From assembly GCA_050273025.1 (NCBI GenBank), contig CP158635.1, positions 27,466,001 to 27,530,000 on the forward strand: a stretch of 64,000 nucleotides of DNA. Direction: 5' to 3'. The stretch is from Cenococcum geophilum. Its lineage: Eukaryota. Position 1 is the first letter of the stretch, and each line of letters opens with the position of its first letter. The notes below the pieces were generated by a model. It had not been told where the DNA came from, made no database searches, and worked only from the letters and a program-made list of their open reading frames with translations. Positions 25,349-39,897 of this stretch are shown one piece after another. The position numbers were made by a program, and so were the translations under genes.

Positions 25349-25758
25349 GGTAGAGGGGAGGAGGAGGCCCAGCATTGCGTATTCGACGTTCCTGTCGTCG
25401 ACGTCAAGAACGCAAGCATGGAGAGCTGTTCTGTAGAAGAGCTAGCGGGGCGGATTGTAAGATTATCCGACACGTTGCCGCATCCGTAGCTAACCTTTTT
25501 CCAGTTCACCTCAACAACATCGACGGCACTAAATCTCTTCGCCATTCCTTGCGAGACCGTAAAGTTAGCGGTAGCTCATTAGAGTCGATTACATCTGGCG
25601 CTGGATCTCACCTGCACTGCGCTGAGTCTACCACCCCGTCTCCACCACTCTCTTCATCCGCCGGGAAGCATCAGAGCAACTCCTCGAATAGCTCCTAGCG
25701 TGGCCGATCTAGAACCAAGTCGCACCCTTCACACATAACAAAGCCACTAGCCCATAAC

Positions 25759-26697
25759 ATGAATAACTTTCCTTCCTTCCTTGACACGTCTGGGGGGTTA
25801 GGACCCAACATACCCCGCCAAGCTCCTTCGCCAAACCCAGCATCGCATCAATCGAATGGGGTTCCGAACAACAGCATACCTCTTGTGAATGGGCTGCCCA
25901 GCGGAGGACAGCAGACGGACATGAATCACTTATGGAGTGTAGTACAACAGCTCAGCGAGGTGCTTGCGGAGAACAGGGCGCAGACGGTAGGAATTGTAAA
26001 CAGTGTGCAGCAGATACAAGTAAGACTTTCACAGCCCATTATGGCCCCATTTTTCCATATAAGAGAAACTGACGGGTTGGAGTATCAGGCACGGGCAGCG
26101 CAAGAAGGCGGCTCACCCACACTCGCTCAAGTGAATGGTGAATTAAGCGGTAAGTCTTCGTCCGTCATACTCTCTCTGTTCACCCTAGCGGTCCTAATAA
26201 TACCCCTTGTAGCCAATCGAACAGCTGAAATCGCCAACCTCTCAACTCAACTCAGCACGACTCAATCTCAACTATCCACTCTCTGCACCCAAAACGCCTC
26301 TCTACGCGCCCTGATCCTCGACTACGAAAACGCTCTTACACACGTTCTCGATAAACTACGTCCGTATGCATATACCCAGACTCAAGCTATGCTAGCATTG
26401 CACAAACACTACCACACGTTGATAGAGAATGAGCGTGCCACCAGCATGCAATTACGCCTTGAGCACGCGGAGTGGCAAGCCGGGTTAGGGAGAGTAGCGG
26501 AATATGCGAGACTAGCGCTGAGCGCACAGAGCGATGCAGATCTACCATACCTGAAGCGTATACGCGAATTAAAGAACGAGAATCGCGTATTGAGGACACT
26601 AGCAGGCTGGGAGGAGGCGAGCGACAGCGACGCGGAGGAAGAGGAAGGGGGCGAAGAGAAGGGCCAGAGGCCAAACTCGATGGTTGCACAAGGGTAG
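25759..26697 (+). CDS. Small coiled-coil protein, probable STRIPAK subunit (SIKE/Far3/SCI1-like)
   Basis: GQQTDMNHLWSVVQQLSEVLAENR, DYENAL..LDKLRPYAY, LRLEHAEWQAGL, ELKNENRVLRTLAGWE; introns 26020-26088 and 26150-26212. Family assignment from memory. Confidence 0.6.
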   Translation: MNNFPSFLDTSGGLGPNIPRQAPSPNPASHQSNGVPNNSIPLVNGLPSGGQQTDMNHLWSVVQQLSEVLAENRAQTVGIVNSVQQIQVRLSQPIMAPFFHIRETDGLEYQARAAQEGGSPTLAQVNGELSGKSSSVILSLFTLAVLIIPLVANRTAEIANLSTQLSTTQSQLSTLCTQNASLRALILDYENALTHVLDKLRPYAYTQTQAMLALHKHYHTLIENERATSMQLRLEHAEWQAGLGRVAEYARLALSAQSDADLPYLKRIRELKNENRVLRTLAGWEEASDSDAEEEEGGEEKGQRPNSMVAQG

Positions 26698-27307
26698 CCC
26701 ATACACACTCACTTTTATTCCAAAGGGCCTGGGAGGTGTTTTTTATCGGTTTTGGGAAAGCTGTTTGGGTTCTTGCCGATCTCGCATAGCGCCGGCGTTT
26801 TTGTGACCAGTGAGGTCTGGGGTATTTTTACATGGAATGCGGGCTGTGGTCTGTGCGCATTCTGTGTGTTATGAATCGATGGATGAAAGGATCTGTGAAT
26901 GTGGTTGTATTGTATTGCGCACTTCGAAACATTGGAGCGGTGCTTGTACGAACAGCGATATGTTCGCCCCTGTTTTATTCCGAGCCGTGTAGTCGTTACT
27001 CTTGTTATTACATCAGCTTTCTCAATTTCGCGGTAAGACGAGTTATCCCTTATTCTATGACTTCAACTAATTACCTAGTAACTACTTAGTAACTTTAGCT
27101 GAGCGGTTGAAACCTCACTGGGCCTGGTGGCATAGATAACAGAGGGATGCACTATAATTTATATCGAACGGTTCAAAAAGCTGTTTCGCATTCACAAATG
27201 AGCAGTCTATTCGCTTCTTCCGAGCTTCTACATACTTTTAGCCTCTCCCCACTCACGTCCTTTAACGAAACTCGCTCAGCAGCATATCACACACTGATTG
27301 ATATCCC

Positions 27308-28946
27308 TCACAACACACTCTCCTTCCCTTTCAACTCGCAAAATGCCTTGAACGTCACCATCTGGTCCTCTCCTTCAGACTCAACCGCTAACTCGGCCGT
27401 CGCACCTATAAAGAAGACCCATCCCTCCTCGCACCTCTCCCTCCTAAGCCCAACACTCAGCCACCCCTTGCCCTTAGTGCATAGCAGCACACTTGGGCCC
27501 TGAATCGGCTCAAATACTGCCTTCGCGCCGTTCTTATTTAGCTCGGTCTTCACTACGGAGAACTCTTCGATGGGTGGATCGTAGAGGATTGAAGAAGACG
27601 AAGAGGAGTAGGCAGTGCTGTTGAGGGTCACATAAGGGTAGTCGGTTGGCGACATCTTTTGCTCGGAAGGAGGAGAGTAGGAGTAGGTGAGCATGCTAGT
27701 TAGAGTGGAGACGTCTTTGAATTTCGGAGTGAAACCGGCGCGGACAACATTATCGGAGGACGCCATGCATTCGATAATGTCTGTGCTGGTATGAGAATGC
27801 CGTAACCGATGAAGCGGAAGAGGGGTAGATACATACCACCGGAGAGGTAGGCGTGAATGTCGTCAGCCTTCAAGAACATCGCTTCTCCCATATCTAACTT
27901 GACGTAGTTTAGGAAGAAGAACACGAAGAGCCCGACGTCACCTGGGAACTGGCTGTTTAGGCGGATGACCAGATCCGCAAGCTCCTTCCCACCATTGGAA
28001 GGCCCGCCTTCACCAGCAAAAGCAGCTCCCTCGGATTTCGCAGATTCAAGAAGAGATTCTGTAGCAGAAGCTAGCGCATCTTTATCCGTATTCATAAGGG
28101 AAGTGAAAGCGGATCGTAGAGCTTTTTTGTTCGCCTCGATATCCTCCGGCTTGTCTGATGTCTCCTTTCCTTTGACTATAGTCTCGAAGTTCTTTACCTG
28201 CTCCTCGCCAACAAGTTTACGGAGAGAGGGAACGGTGGCTAGGAAGTGAGCAGTCTCTTTCAGAGGTCGGAAACCACAGAGGCCATCGAAGGGAGTGATG
28301 GCAATAGTCATTTCAGGCTTGTGATTGTCATCTGGAGGGTATTGTGAGCTGAAGCGTATGTTACAGGTGACCGTCAGACAGACCAGGGTAGTTCTTCGGG
28401 TCTTTGGCATGTAACTGCTCTGCGAGCTTCTTGTTCGGGTGTGCTTGTATGCTCAGTGCCTTGTTGATTGAAAGCACTTTGAAAAGGAACGGAAGCTTGT
28501 TGCCGTAACGCTGGCTGATCTCTTGAGAGAGGAGGGCCTGGTTGTCTTGAACGAGGTCAAGAAGAGTCCGTTGGGTTTCGAGGTCTTTGGATGGGAGAGA
28601 GGGGTGTGTTCCCATCCATAGCTAGTCAAAATGTCAACCAAGCTCCAAGACAGCAGGTTGCTTCGTCGGGTTGAGAGACAGACTTCAGCATACGGCTTCT
28701 CTTCTTGTATGGAGAAGTCGTTCGATGGAGTTGCTGCTGCAAATGTTGCAGCTGCAGAGTCCTTTCCGACCTTGCCTGGACAGCTTCAGCCTATCCAGTT
28801 CATTGCTGGCTTTGGTGCGGGGCATTTTGGTGACCAACCCCAGTCGTAGCTGTTCACGCCTAGAGAGAATTAGCGTGAAGGGGTGTTAGAGTTAGACCTG
28901 TAAATGGCGGTTTACCGCATTGAAGACGAATCAAAGGCACCTGCAT
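27308..28946 (-). CDS. PMI40: Mannose-6-phosphate isomerase (type I PMI), multi-exon
   Basis: [86 protein letters not shown]. Confidence 0.97.
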
Positions 28947-29383
28947 GTTGAGAGTTGCTCGAGAGAAGAGAGGTGGTATTAGAAGTTGAGCCAAAACGCC
29001 TGACTGGGGTTGAAATAAACTTTGTGCTTTCAACCCCGGCTTACCCGAAAGAAGACAAGCCGTTGTCGCTTAACCAGACCTCAGTCCCATGGCAGGCGGA
29101 GCAGGTCTCGGAGAAAATCACTCCGTCGCGGACCCCACTATCAAACCAGCCTTCCCGAGCCCTATTGCCACTATCTCCCTAGCTATGGCCTAAGGAATTG
29201 AAGAGGCTTATAACATATTGGGTGCGGATACCCGGACTGAAGCATATTGCACTCTTTGGCCGCCTCGAAATTACTTAGATCTTTAAATTCCGCCATTCAG
29301 AAACCAACCAATCCAGCTGTTCGCAGTCACCAGAACCCTAGCATGTATGGTTCTTAAGCCCAGCCTGCTACAACGGATCCAAC

Positions 29384-31037
29384 ATGGCTGCCCGCAGTAG
29401 GCCGCGGGCGGGCCAGGTTAAAGAAGAAGTTGATGAAGAGCGGAGTATTTGGAATCAACTCCGAAGCGATGCCAAGAGGGTAGATGCTTTAGTGGTAAGG
29501 ACAAACTTCTACTCTATATCTAGTTCCTGGTGAAATACTAGCAGCCCTGGCGGATTTATATCAGCTGCTTTGAGTGTTGCTACTGTCTTCTTTCCAAGGC
29601 TTTCTCTGCAGACCACTAACACTCTCTAGGCGAAGTCGAACGATATAACAAAGAAAATTGTGGAACTTTCTGATCTACAAAATGTTGCTGAAGGTGCGTG
29701 ATGCCCTGGCGGAGCAGCTTACCTGCTTTGGCTATCATAAAATCTACCACAATATTCAACATGCTTTCCTTTCGCGTTTCTTGTATGCTTACCTCTCAAC
29801 TAGCTCGCGGCGACTCTCCGTCTTCGACTATTGACGCCGAACTGGAAAAATACCTCCGCGACAACATCCGCATAACTGAAGAAATTCAGAACCTCATCGA
29901 ATCCGACTCGGGCAACGATCTCCTCAAATCGCTTGAGATTCTCGCCGCGTTACGTGATGCTCATGAACCTGACCCGACATCACGTGCCGGCAGCGTTGGT
30001 AAATCGCAACGAGAGCGGACCACCAAGCGGAAGCACACCGAAACCATCGAAGATCGTGATAGCATTGCCGCCGAGTCGCCCGGCCCCGGCGGCCCCTCGC
30101 CCAAGGTCTCTATTTCAACTTCGGCTAGTAGACTGATTGGAAAGGTGGCGTCTCGAGCTAGTTCTGTTCCCATTGCAAGAGAAGCATCTGTCAAAGCAGA
30201 AGATGGAGGAGAGAGTGCAGACTCGTTGAAAAGTAAGGCTCGACTTTAGATTGACCTTCAATACTTCTTCAAATTTCTACAAAAGTTGTTGTCTTCCACG
30301 AGGATTGGCGAAGCGTCGCCGCTAGATACCCTTTTTCATTTAACTTGGTAAAGAATCACCAAAAATACACTTCTTAAACTCAAAGTGCCATCTTATATGG
30401 TGCCCTGTGGCTCACTGCAATTATTAGTCCCGACCGAAAAACATAAACTCCACGTCAACACCGAAGTGCTCTATCGCAACAAAGCCAAAGCTGCGGAAGG
30501 TGAAGGGATATTATGTCGTGTCACATCCGTTATCGGAGAAGGCAAGCAGCGCCGGTACATTTCCCTTTCTACTTGAACCTCATAGACACTTTTATCCAGC
30601 CGTAAATATCACCGTATCTACTAACGCCTCGCTCGTCGCTGGCATTTCATAGATACGAAATCATCGATAGTGATCCCGACCCACCAACTCCCGCGCAGCC
30701 TTATCGCGCGTCTGTAAACCACCTCGTCGCCATCCCGCCTGTCTCAGAAAACTCCAAATTACCTGATTTACCAGCGAAACGCCACGTACTAGCGCTGTAT
30801 CCCGGCACGACCACGTTTTATAAAGCCGAGGTAGTCGCATATTGGCCGCCGAAAGCTAGAAAAGACGGAGGTAGCAAAGACGGGGCAAAGGATGGAAAGG
30901 ATGCGGGCCCGGGAGCGGTTAAAGAAGAGGAGCCAGCTGAAGGGAGTGAGTTATATGTTAGATTGAGGTTTGAAGGCGAAGACGAAGCAGATAGAGAGAT
31001 GAGTGTGGAGAGGAGATTTGTGTTACCGGATAAGTAG
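29384..31037 (+). CDS. SGF29: SAGA-associated factor 29 (tandem Tudor), multi-exon
   Basis: MAARSRPR, EGEGILCRVTSVIGEGKQRRYEI.D.DPD, VLALYPGTTTFYKAEV, LRFEGEDEADREMSVERRFVL. Confidence 0.9.
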
Positions 31038-31901
31038 ACCGTCCATATCATTGCGAGGTGAGTAAGTGTGCTCCTAACAAATAACTTGATGCATCGCAGA
31101 AAGGATGAGGCATTAATTGATGCAACAGGGAATATGTTGAGTACCATACTTGGATTCACGTTTCGATTAGATTTGGTTGGGCTTAGTGCCATTATTATAC
31201 TGAGTCTACGTGTGGGTACGTTGAGTGGACGTAAACGGCGCGCTTGCTAGTGTCGCACTGTTGGCATATCTCGCTGCTAGGTTATATAGGATGGAGCAGA
31301 TATTACTACAGGAGCATTAGCTAGAATCAAAGAATGAGAGGTCCTTGGCATCTAATAAAGCTCTAAAGGATTTTTTGGTGAATCGCCAATCTTTCTGCAG
31401 GACGAGTGAAAATGCACAATATTAAACTTTCTCTAGCTTCTTCGTATCCCCTCCCCCCAAACCCCGTACGTACAGACATGATAATTTGGATAACCCAAAG
31501 TCCCGCGAGCCAACTATAGTGGAAACAGCAAAAACGCAATCTACGTAATAGAGGAAATAAGCATAGTCGGGCTTGGAAGCATCCGGGGTATCTTATCTCC
31601 TGGTCACGCTCCACCAAAAGCCGCCTTTCGCCTGAAAAGACCCCAGAAAATAGAATAGAATAAAACCGGACGGTCAATCGGAACTTCGAATAAAGACTTG
31701 TAGAAAATAAAGCCCATTCTCTTTTCAGAATGCAACGTTACTGGCATTAAAAGAAGTAGAGTGTGGAAAACTTGAAAGCGAAAGGTATTGATATAACAGC
31801 TTTGTAGATGAACGGTAAACCAAAAACCGGGTATATGCAGAGGAGCGGATATGCATGCAGTCGTTGAATTAGGCGTGTCAATAAGGTTAGACATGCTTCT
31901 A

Positions 31902-32809
<908 letters not shown>

Positions 32810-33421
32810 TATGCCGAATATGGAGGCAGTATTTCGTTACCAGTCCAGTATGAGGCACTCTGCAGTGATTTGTATATGTAAGTTTCGGGGGACTCGAGTG
32901 GGCGGGACTAGGCTAGCGTGTTGATAGGACGACGCGATGCTAATGTTGTGTTGATGGTGGAGCAAATAAACCGCACAATTTGGAAGAGCCGGTCTATAGT
33001 GGCGGCTCGGGGAATTTTCGAAAGTTAAAGGGAAGGGTTAGGGTGATTGATGAGCCCGAGGAGGCTCGCGGATTTTGGCGTGCAGTTAGGGGTTTGAGCG
33101 CGCGGTGATCGACGGGCTCTCACGGCGCCAACCGACCCCCGCTAAAAGGGGGCCCAGAAATTTTTTTTTTCTTTTCTGAATCCTCTCCCACATGTCAAAT
33201 CGTGTAAAATTTAATGTACGTGATACAGAGCAGTATCCAAATCATCAAGTCACCGCCTGGTTAATAGCACAGTTTCCTGTTACAGGCATGGAAGCGGGGC
33301 TGCTTTCTAAAGCTGCTACGGAGCCCCACGCTTATAATGCCAGGCTACAGTACCTGCAACGGTGGAGACAATGTGTCTAATCTGCGGTGACCCGAGCGCT
33401 AGAGGCCTGAATCGATCACAA

Positions 33422-34493
33422 TTAAAAACCATCGTCAATTCCTCGGCTCCGCTCCTCCTCTAACCGCTCTTGATTTGCCTTCCACCACCATTTGTGGGAT
33501 TGCTCGCTTTCCTCACCTGGTTTCTCATCCCAAGGTTTAGGGCTCAGGATATAGTGAACGTTCTTGACTTCTTCGTCCCGCCATATTTGATGATGTACGC
33601 CTTTCAACCGCAGTGTTTTCAAAGCATTGTAGATGTATGGAATAGCTACCCATCTCCCGGAGAAAATGTCACTTAGAAGGGACTGGTCCGCAAAATCGTA
33701 GTTCATTGCCGTGTCTTTAGACATTTGATCCAGAATAAGCGAGTATATGTCCCCAGACGGATTCACCACCTGCAATCCACCATTGGGCATCCCAAGTCCG
33801 TACGACGGAGGGGCACCATGTATTTGCGCGTCGTCGGGCGTCTCGTGTTGAGAAGTGAACGCGCATATTTCCGGAACCCTGCCAAGAGTTTTCAGCATTG
33901 AATTATAAGCTTAATGCTAGAATCCTACAAACCATTCTTTTGGGTAGTGTGGCTTCCTTAAGGGATTGCATACGCAAGCATGACTTGCAGCAAAAACTCT
34001 GTTTCCCTTGCCAGCCATGCTAGGAGGATCGAGCTCCAGATCCATCAGCTCATCCATGTTACGCAGTACTAACATGTCACTATCCAGCTGGACTACCCGG
34101 TCATACTCGACAAGCGAGAATGGCGTCAGCTTGCTCCAGCAATCGTAAAAGCGGGGATCCTGGCTGAAATCTTTGTTCACGGATGGCAGGAGGTATTTAA
34201 CCTGCTTTTTAGGAATCCCGCGCACGTCCAAAGCTTTATGACCTTCCTTGGGAAAGGTGTTGGTATAGAGGGCCACTAGCGGATAGGCAGATTTTTGCTT
34301 CTTGAGGCTATGATTGAGCACGAGCAGTCCAGTGAGGTACTTAGTGTTGGTGATTAGCGTTGTCCATACTGCAAATACCAGTCAGCCCGGATGCTCCCTC
34401 AAACGGATACATAAGCATGCCTTTCTTAGACTCTACGGCGCTGGTAGTATCCAGATTGGTGGCGGCGACAGCTTGACCTGGGGAGCTTGTCAT
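33422..34493 (-). CDS. Glycosyltransferase family 8 protein (3 exons)
   Basis: VWTTLITNTKYLTGLL, CWSKL, RVVQLDSDMLV (DxD), NGGLQVVNPS, FADQSLL, YIYNALK, VHYILSPKPW. Confidence 0.9.
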
Positions 34494-34854
34494 CCTGCAA
34501 GTGGACCGAACGGGGATATGTCAGGGCTAATAGAATAGTGAGGAGATTTCACGGCCGGTAACCGTTTTCCTCTCTTGTCGGACTACATGGTGTTGTTGTT
34601 TGGAGAAAGGCGGGATGGAAGCCAAGGTTTCTCGGGTGCAAGCCACCGATCTCGGACCCTCTTCGATTCAGCCATCAACATTAGCATCGCGCTATTTTTC
34701 TAAGCTTCGTTCAGACTCCTCCAACCCTTCTATACATGTTCATGCACATCTGATTCAACACTATTAATTCCTTCATATTTTTTAAACCCCAAGAATTCTT
34801 CAACGGAATGATCGTGTTCTGGCACAGTTCGGAGTCTCCCATCCTCGAATGCCA

Positions 34855-36041
34855 ATGTCCGCGGCGGTGAAGCAACCCGCCCACGATGGGGTCAATCAAG
34901 CCTCTGATAAACAGGTGATAGCCAGCCAAGGTAGCAAAAGTTACAAGGGTTTTGTTGCTGGTGTCTTCTCTGGCATTGCCAAATTATCTGGTATATGCAC
35001 CTCTTCGACGGACAATGCTTAGGCTCGAGACTAATCTCACACAGTCGGCCACCCGTAAGAATTCCGTTTTGCTCAGATTGCATGTCTGTTCCTAATACGA
35101 CGAAGCTTCGATACGATCAAAGTCCGTTTGCAAACCACTGAGAAGTCCCACTTTCGAGGGCCATTAGATTGCTTACTCCAAACGGTACGAAATGAAGGTG
35201 TCAAAGGGTTATACAAGGGCGCAACTCCGCCATTGATTGGGTGGATGTTTATGGACTCTGTGTAAGATGGGGATATGACTTTTCCTAGAATTTTCACTTA
35301 CATCGTGGAAAGAATGCTAGGATCATTAAATGTTTATCGCCACATACTGACCGATCACGTCTTCCATCCCGGACAAGGATTACATGCAGTCGGGTCTGAG
35401 AAGCCTAAACTCCCAACTATTGGACATGGGATTGCAGGAATTATGGCAGGCTGTACTGTGAGCTTTATTGCAGCTCCTGTGGAACATGTCAAAGCCCGAC
35501 TGCAAGTGCAATATGCAGCAGAAAAGTCAAAGCGGCTTTACTCTGGACCAATTGATTGCGTCAAGAAACTCGTAAGAGTCTCTGGTTCTACCACTATCTC
35601 CCTCTATGCCTCTAACCCTGTTGCCAATTGTAGTTCTGTAGCCATGGTATCAGAGGCGTTTACCATGGACTCTCGGCCACTCTCCTGTTCCGGGCCTTTT
35701 TCTTCTTCTGGTGGGGATCTTATGACATCTTCACCCGTCTCTTCAACAACCACACCTCTCTGTCTCTGCCGGCTATCAATTTCTGGGCAGGTGGCTTATC
35801 GGCCCAGATATTCTGGCTTACGTCGTACCCTTCCGACGTCGTCAAGCAGCGTATCATGACTGATCCATTGGGGCCAGAACGCAAGTTTCCTAGGTGGAGG
35901 GATGCAGCGAAGGCCGTATGGAAAGAGAGTGGATGGAGAGGATATTGGAGGGGTTTTGTGCCCTGCTTTTTAAGGGCGTTCCCTGCTAATGCAATGGCAC
36001 TTGTAGCCTTTGAGGGAGTAATGAGGGCGTTACCAGACTAG
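34855..36041 (+). CDS. Mitochondrial carrier family protein (YMC1/carnitine-carrier-like), multi-exon
   Basis: YKGFVAGVFSGIAKLSVGHPFDTIKVRLQ, APVEHVKARLQ, YPSDVVKQRIM, RAFPANA (three PxD/ExxKxR signatures); alternative ATG at 34849. Confidence 0.92.
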
Positions 36042-36503
36042 ACGAGCTTTTTAAAGCTGTTTCGGGATCGACCACTATCTGCTCATTTCTGCATCACTTC
36101 TATACATCTCAAGTTTTGGCATGGCAATATGCTACCGTATAGATTGGTATGTTTATTAAGTAATCCAACTTGAGCTATCCTGTGCTATTCATAATGGCTG
36201 TCGTAGCTATAAGTCTTAGCAATCTCTTATCTAGCGTCTGATAATGAAGAGAGTCGAAATAGCTGCGGGTTAATTGACCAACCTGGGGGTTATGCAAGGA
36301 TTTCCACTCAAACGAGCAAGATAGAATGCGTGTGCGCGATGAACGGCTGATAATTCCAACCGTAATATAAATACCGCACCCTACGAGAAGGTGGTCTGTG
36401 CGCGAACACCAAAATCAAAAGTACGCGTATGGTCACGGAGCTTTGATCCTATTGATCCTATTGGTTGGCTCTTATCGATAACCGTAGGGCCCATTTCATC
36501 GTG

Positions 36504-39500
36504 CTAAGGGATAAAACTCGATCTCAGCATCTTTTCAACCTCTTTGTGCCCTCCAACAATCGCAATATCCATCGCCGTCTTGCCATCCACACCTCTTGCT
36601 TCTGTATCAGCACCCCTGTCAAGCAGAAGCTCCGTAACGGCCACATGCCCGTATAGCGCGGCATCGTGTAGCGCCGTCGAATCCGTAAATTTGCATTTCG
36701 CCTCAATGTTCGCTCCTCTATCGAGCAACAGCCTAACAACGGCCTCATGCCCTTTCTGAGCAGCATAGTGCAGTGCTGTCCGGCCTTGCTTCTCCGTTGC
36801 CTCAATATTCGCTCCCCAGTCGATAAAGTGCCCCGCGATAGCCACGTATCCGCCGTGTGCTGCGCAGTGTAGTGCTGTCCAGCCCATATCATCTTTCTCC
36901 TCAACCGCTGCGTTCATGTTAAGCAGTAGCTGGGCCACAGCCTCATGTCCCTCAGTTGCTGCCAAATGCAGCGCTGTCTGATCACTCTTGTTCTTCGCCT
37001 GAACCTTAGCCCCTTTGTCCAGTAGCAGCCTCATGACAGCCTCGTGTCCATGCTTGGCTGCCAAGTGGAGGTCCGTTCCGTTCCAACTGCTCTCAGTCCT
37101 AATATCCGCTCCCCTGTCCAAAAGTAGCTCCAGAAGAGAGCAATGGCCTTCCTTTATTGACCACGAAAGAAGAGGCAGATATGGTAGATCACGACGACTA
37201 GACTTTGCTCCCCAGCGCCGAAAATCCAGAGTATGATTTGTCGCGAGCCGTTCAAACCTAGGCCATAGAGACAATAGTTCCGAATTCTCCTTTGTAAAGG
37301 GTATTGTATGCCATACCCAATTCTCAATAGCGTAATCTAGCAGTTTATACTTTGAACTTATCTCGACTTTAGCTGATAGCCTTTGCATACTCCTCAATAA
37401 ATCTGTATAGGCGATATCTGGCGATTTTCGATGCGTATTGGTTCCACGTAACCGACAGGATAAATCCACAGCCTTTGCGCCAATGCCTGTGGATCGCGAT
37501 AGCTGGCTGACTCCATTCGTAAGAAAGTCTTTATGGGCAAATGCTTCGTCCGGGTTGCGCTTTGCCATTTGTGTTTCAAAATCGGAAAACGAGAGGTAAG
37601 TCACACAGACTTCTCCTAGGTAGAACTCTGCCTTCTCGCGTTGAAATTGAAAGCGGTGCTCAGGACTGTCAGGCTCATCCATAAGGAATTTCTGTACGGT
37701 CCGATGGATTAATCGCACGGTATAATCCTCATCGTCCAGCGTGATAAGATGCCCGCAAGCCTTCAAAATCGACTGCCCGCTGGGATCTGTGATTATCTTA
37801 CCCGCTTGCCAATATTGATCTGCCGGTTCGAATGCTATTGCTTCTTTTAGTTCATCCATGAAGAGAGGTCGTCTAGCGCAAATGACCCATTTCAGGGCCT
37901 TTTCGGTGATGGGGAAAAATTTGGGCCGTTTTTTCTCTATCTTTTCCATTATGCGCGAGTATGTTTCAACTAGGCCATTCGGAAGTTCCTCGAGGGATTT
38001 TCGAATCCCTTCATCTGACTGAGGAGCGTCGCACATTTCCTCAAGCTGGAGGGATACCCAAAGGAACCTAGTAAGTTTAGTATAGGTTCCTAGTTAAGAT
38101 AGCCACATGAAACGTACATGCCCTGGGATTTGGTTGTAAGAGTGGAAATGATTTCTTCCTCCAAAGTCTGGTCGCGGATGAACAGCTCCCCTGACTGGAG
38201 CTTTGATTTCACAGCGACTTGAACGTAATTTGCGATATCACGTGTAACCTTTGTTTCAGCAATGTGAATGCTAGGATATTTTCTGAGCCCGTTCATTATA
38301 TCCGTATCTTCTCGGCTTGAAATCCACACCTTCACAGTGCACTGATTGAGCTCGATCATATCCTCTATCGCATAGAGTATGTCATTTTGCACATTTTTCT
38401 CGCATTCATCAACACCATCGATTATGACGTATATCTCTGAGTACGCTTTCAGAACTGAATTCATCAAGATTGCTAGCTCCACTCTATCGGGTGTCCGGGA
38501 ACCGCTCTGGAAAGCGGAAGAAAGCTCGGAATGTAAGGTATCAAGCAATGAAGATTTCGGGAGGAGTAGTTGCTTAAGTATCGTTCCGAGGATGGAAACT
38601 GTTTGAAGCGTAACAACATCCGAAAATGTACAGTAATAGAATGCGACGATGGAGCTTTTGTTATCTACCTTACTTGAAAGGAAATTGATAACGTTTGACC
38701 TGATCACAATGGTAGTGAGCTACATTTAAAACTCGCTGGCTTTTTATTTTACTTACGTGAGGATCGTCTTTCCGGATCCAGCTATTTCGAAAAGAATGTT
38801 AGAAATGTTGCAGGGTGCCCGCACGCATTATCACGTGGAGAAACGTACGGATTCCAAAGCAGCAAAGAACACCCGACTCCGATGATTCTATCCAGTCCTT
38901 GAATGGCTCACTTTCGAAAAGCCATTCCCCAGGCTGCAGATGCGGCATCCTGAGCATTCTTCGATGCTCTTCTTCGTATCTAATAGAGGACATCTGGGAT
39001 ATGAGACGAGTTCGCTCACGCTCTATAGATCAATCAGCAACGATGCAACCCAGAGTAAGCTTTCAACATGCCTTTCTTTTCCTTCTCCAACTGCAGCGCG
39101 TTCAACCGTTGGAGGGACCTTGCATCCTCCGCCTCTATCATGTGCGATAACCCGGCTTCTTTATCGATGACTTCCCTTCGTTCACGAAATTCGTCTATCA
39201 AGTCTCCAAACTGCTGGTCGAATGGGCTCCACAACAATGATACGCCAATCCGCGCATTAATATCTTAGGTATCTGTGAGACCAAGAAGCGTTAATCCTCC
39301 CTGGGCCGTAGAGCACTTACATTTTGGACTTTTGGCCTTTCGAAAAACAGCTTTGGCCTTTGTGCAGAATTTCAAGATGATTAGATAGGCCACCGAGAGT
39401 TCTTGAGTCAGGCGTTCATGTGTGCCAAAAAGCTTTTCATATGTGCGAAACCTAGGAAGGACATCGCCAATCGTTTTAAACATTTCGACGAGTTTTCCAA

Positions 39501-39897
39501 AAAACTTTCCAAAATTGCTTGCTATCTAGAAATCAAATATTAATCTTCTGGAATAGGAGATGCTAATAAACCAATTAAAAAAGCTAACTTTTATCAAAAC
39601 TTTCACGCTGCCCCACAGGGGGGACATAATTAGAGGGGACGCATTGGAGTAGACATCAAGCGCTTCTTCGTACTGTTGGATTGCTCTGATCAGGGGCTCG
39701 AGTTTCGAGATAGCTGCTAGGCTTTTGCTCTTATCTTGGTGTGATTTCTGAGCGGCACTAGCGCTGTAGAAAACTTCCTCTAAGGAATTTGTAGAGAGGA
39801 AGGTTGCCTTCTCCTCATCGGACAGGTCCTCGACAAAGCGGTCACGGGCGCGAGTCCAGGCATTTGTTTGCAGTATGTCTTTCTGGTCGAGACTCAT
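36504..39897 (-). CDS. Fungal NLR-like protein: helical N-terminal domain + NACHT + winged helix + ~7 ankyrin repeats (multi-exon)
   Basis: Spliced P-loop GI(P/A)GSGKTIL, Walker B IIDGVDEC, SSRE, GMFLWV, ARRPL..ELKEAI, VRLIHRTVQKFL; ankyrin repeats TALHxAAxxGHxAV at 36530-37160. Confidence 0.92.
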
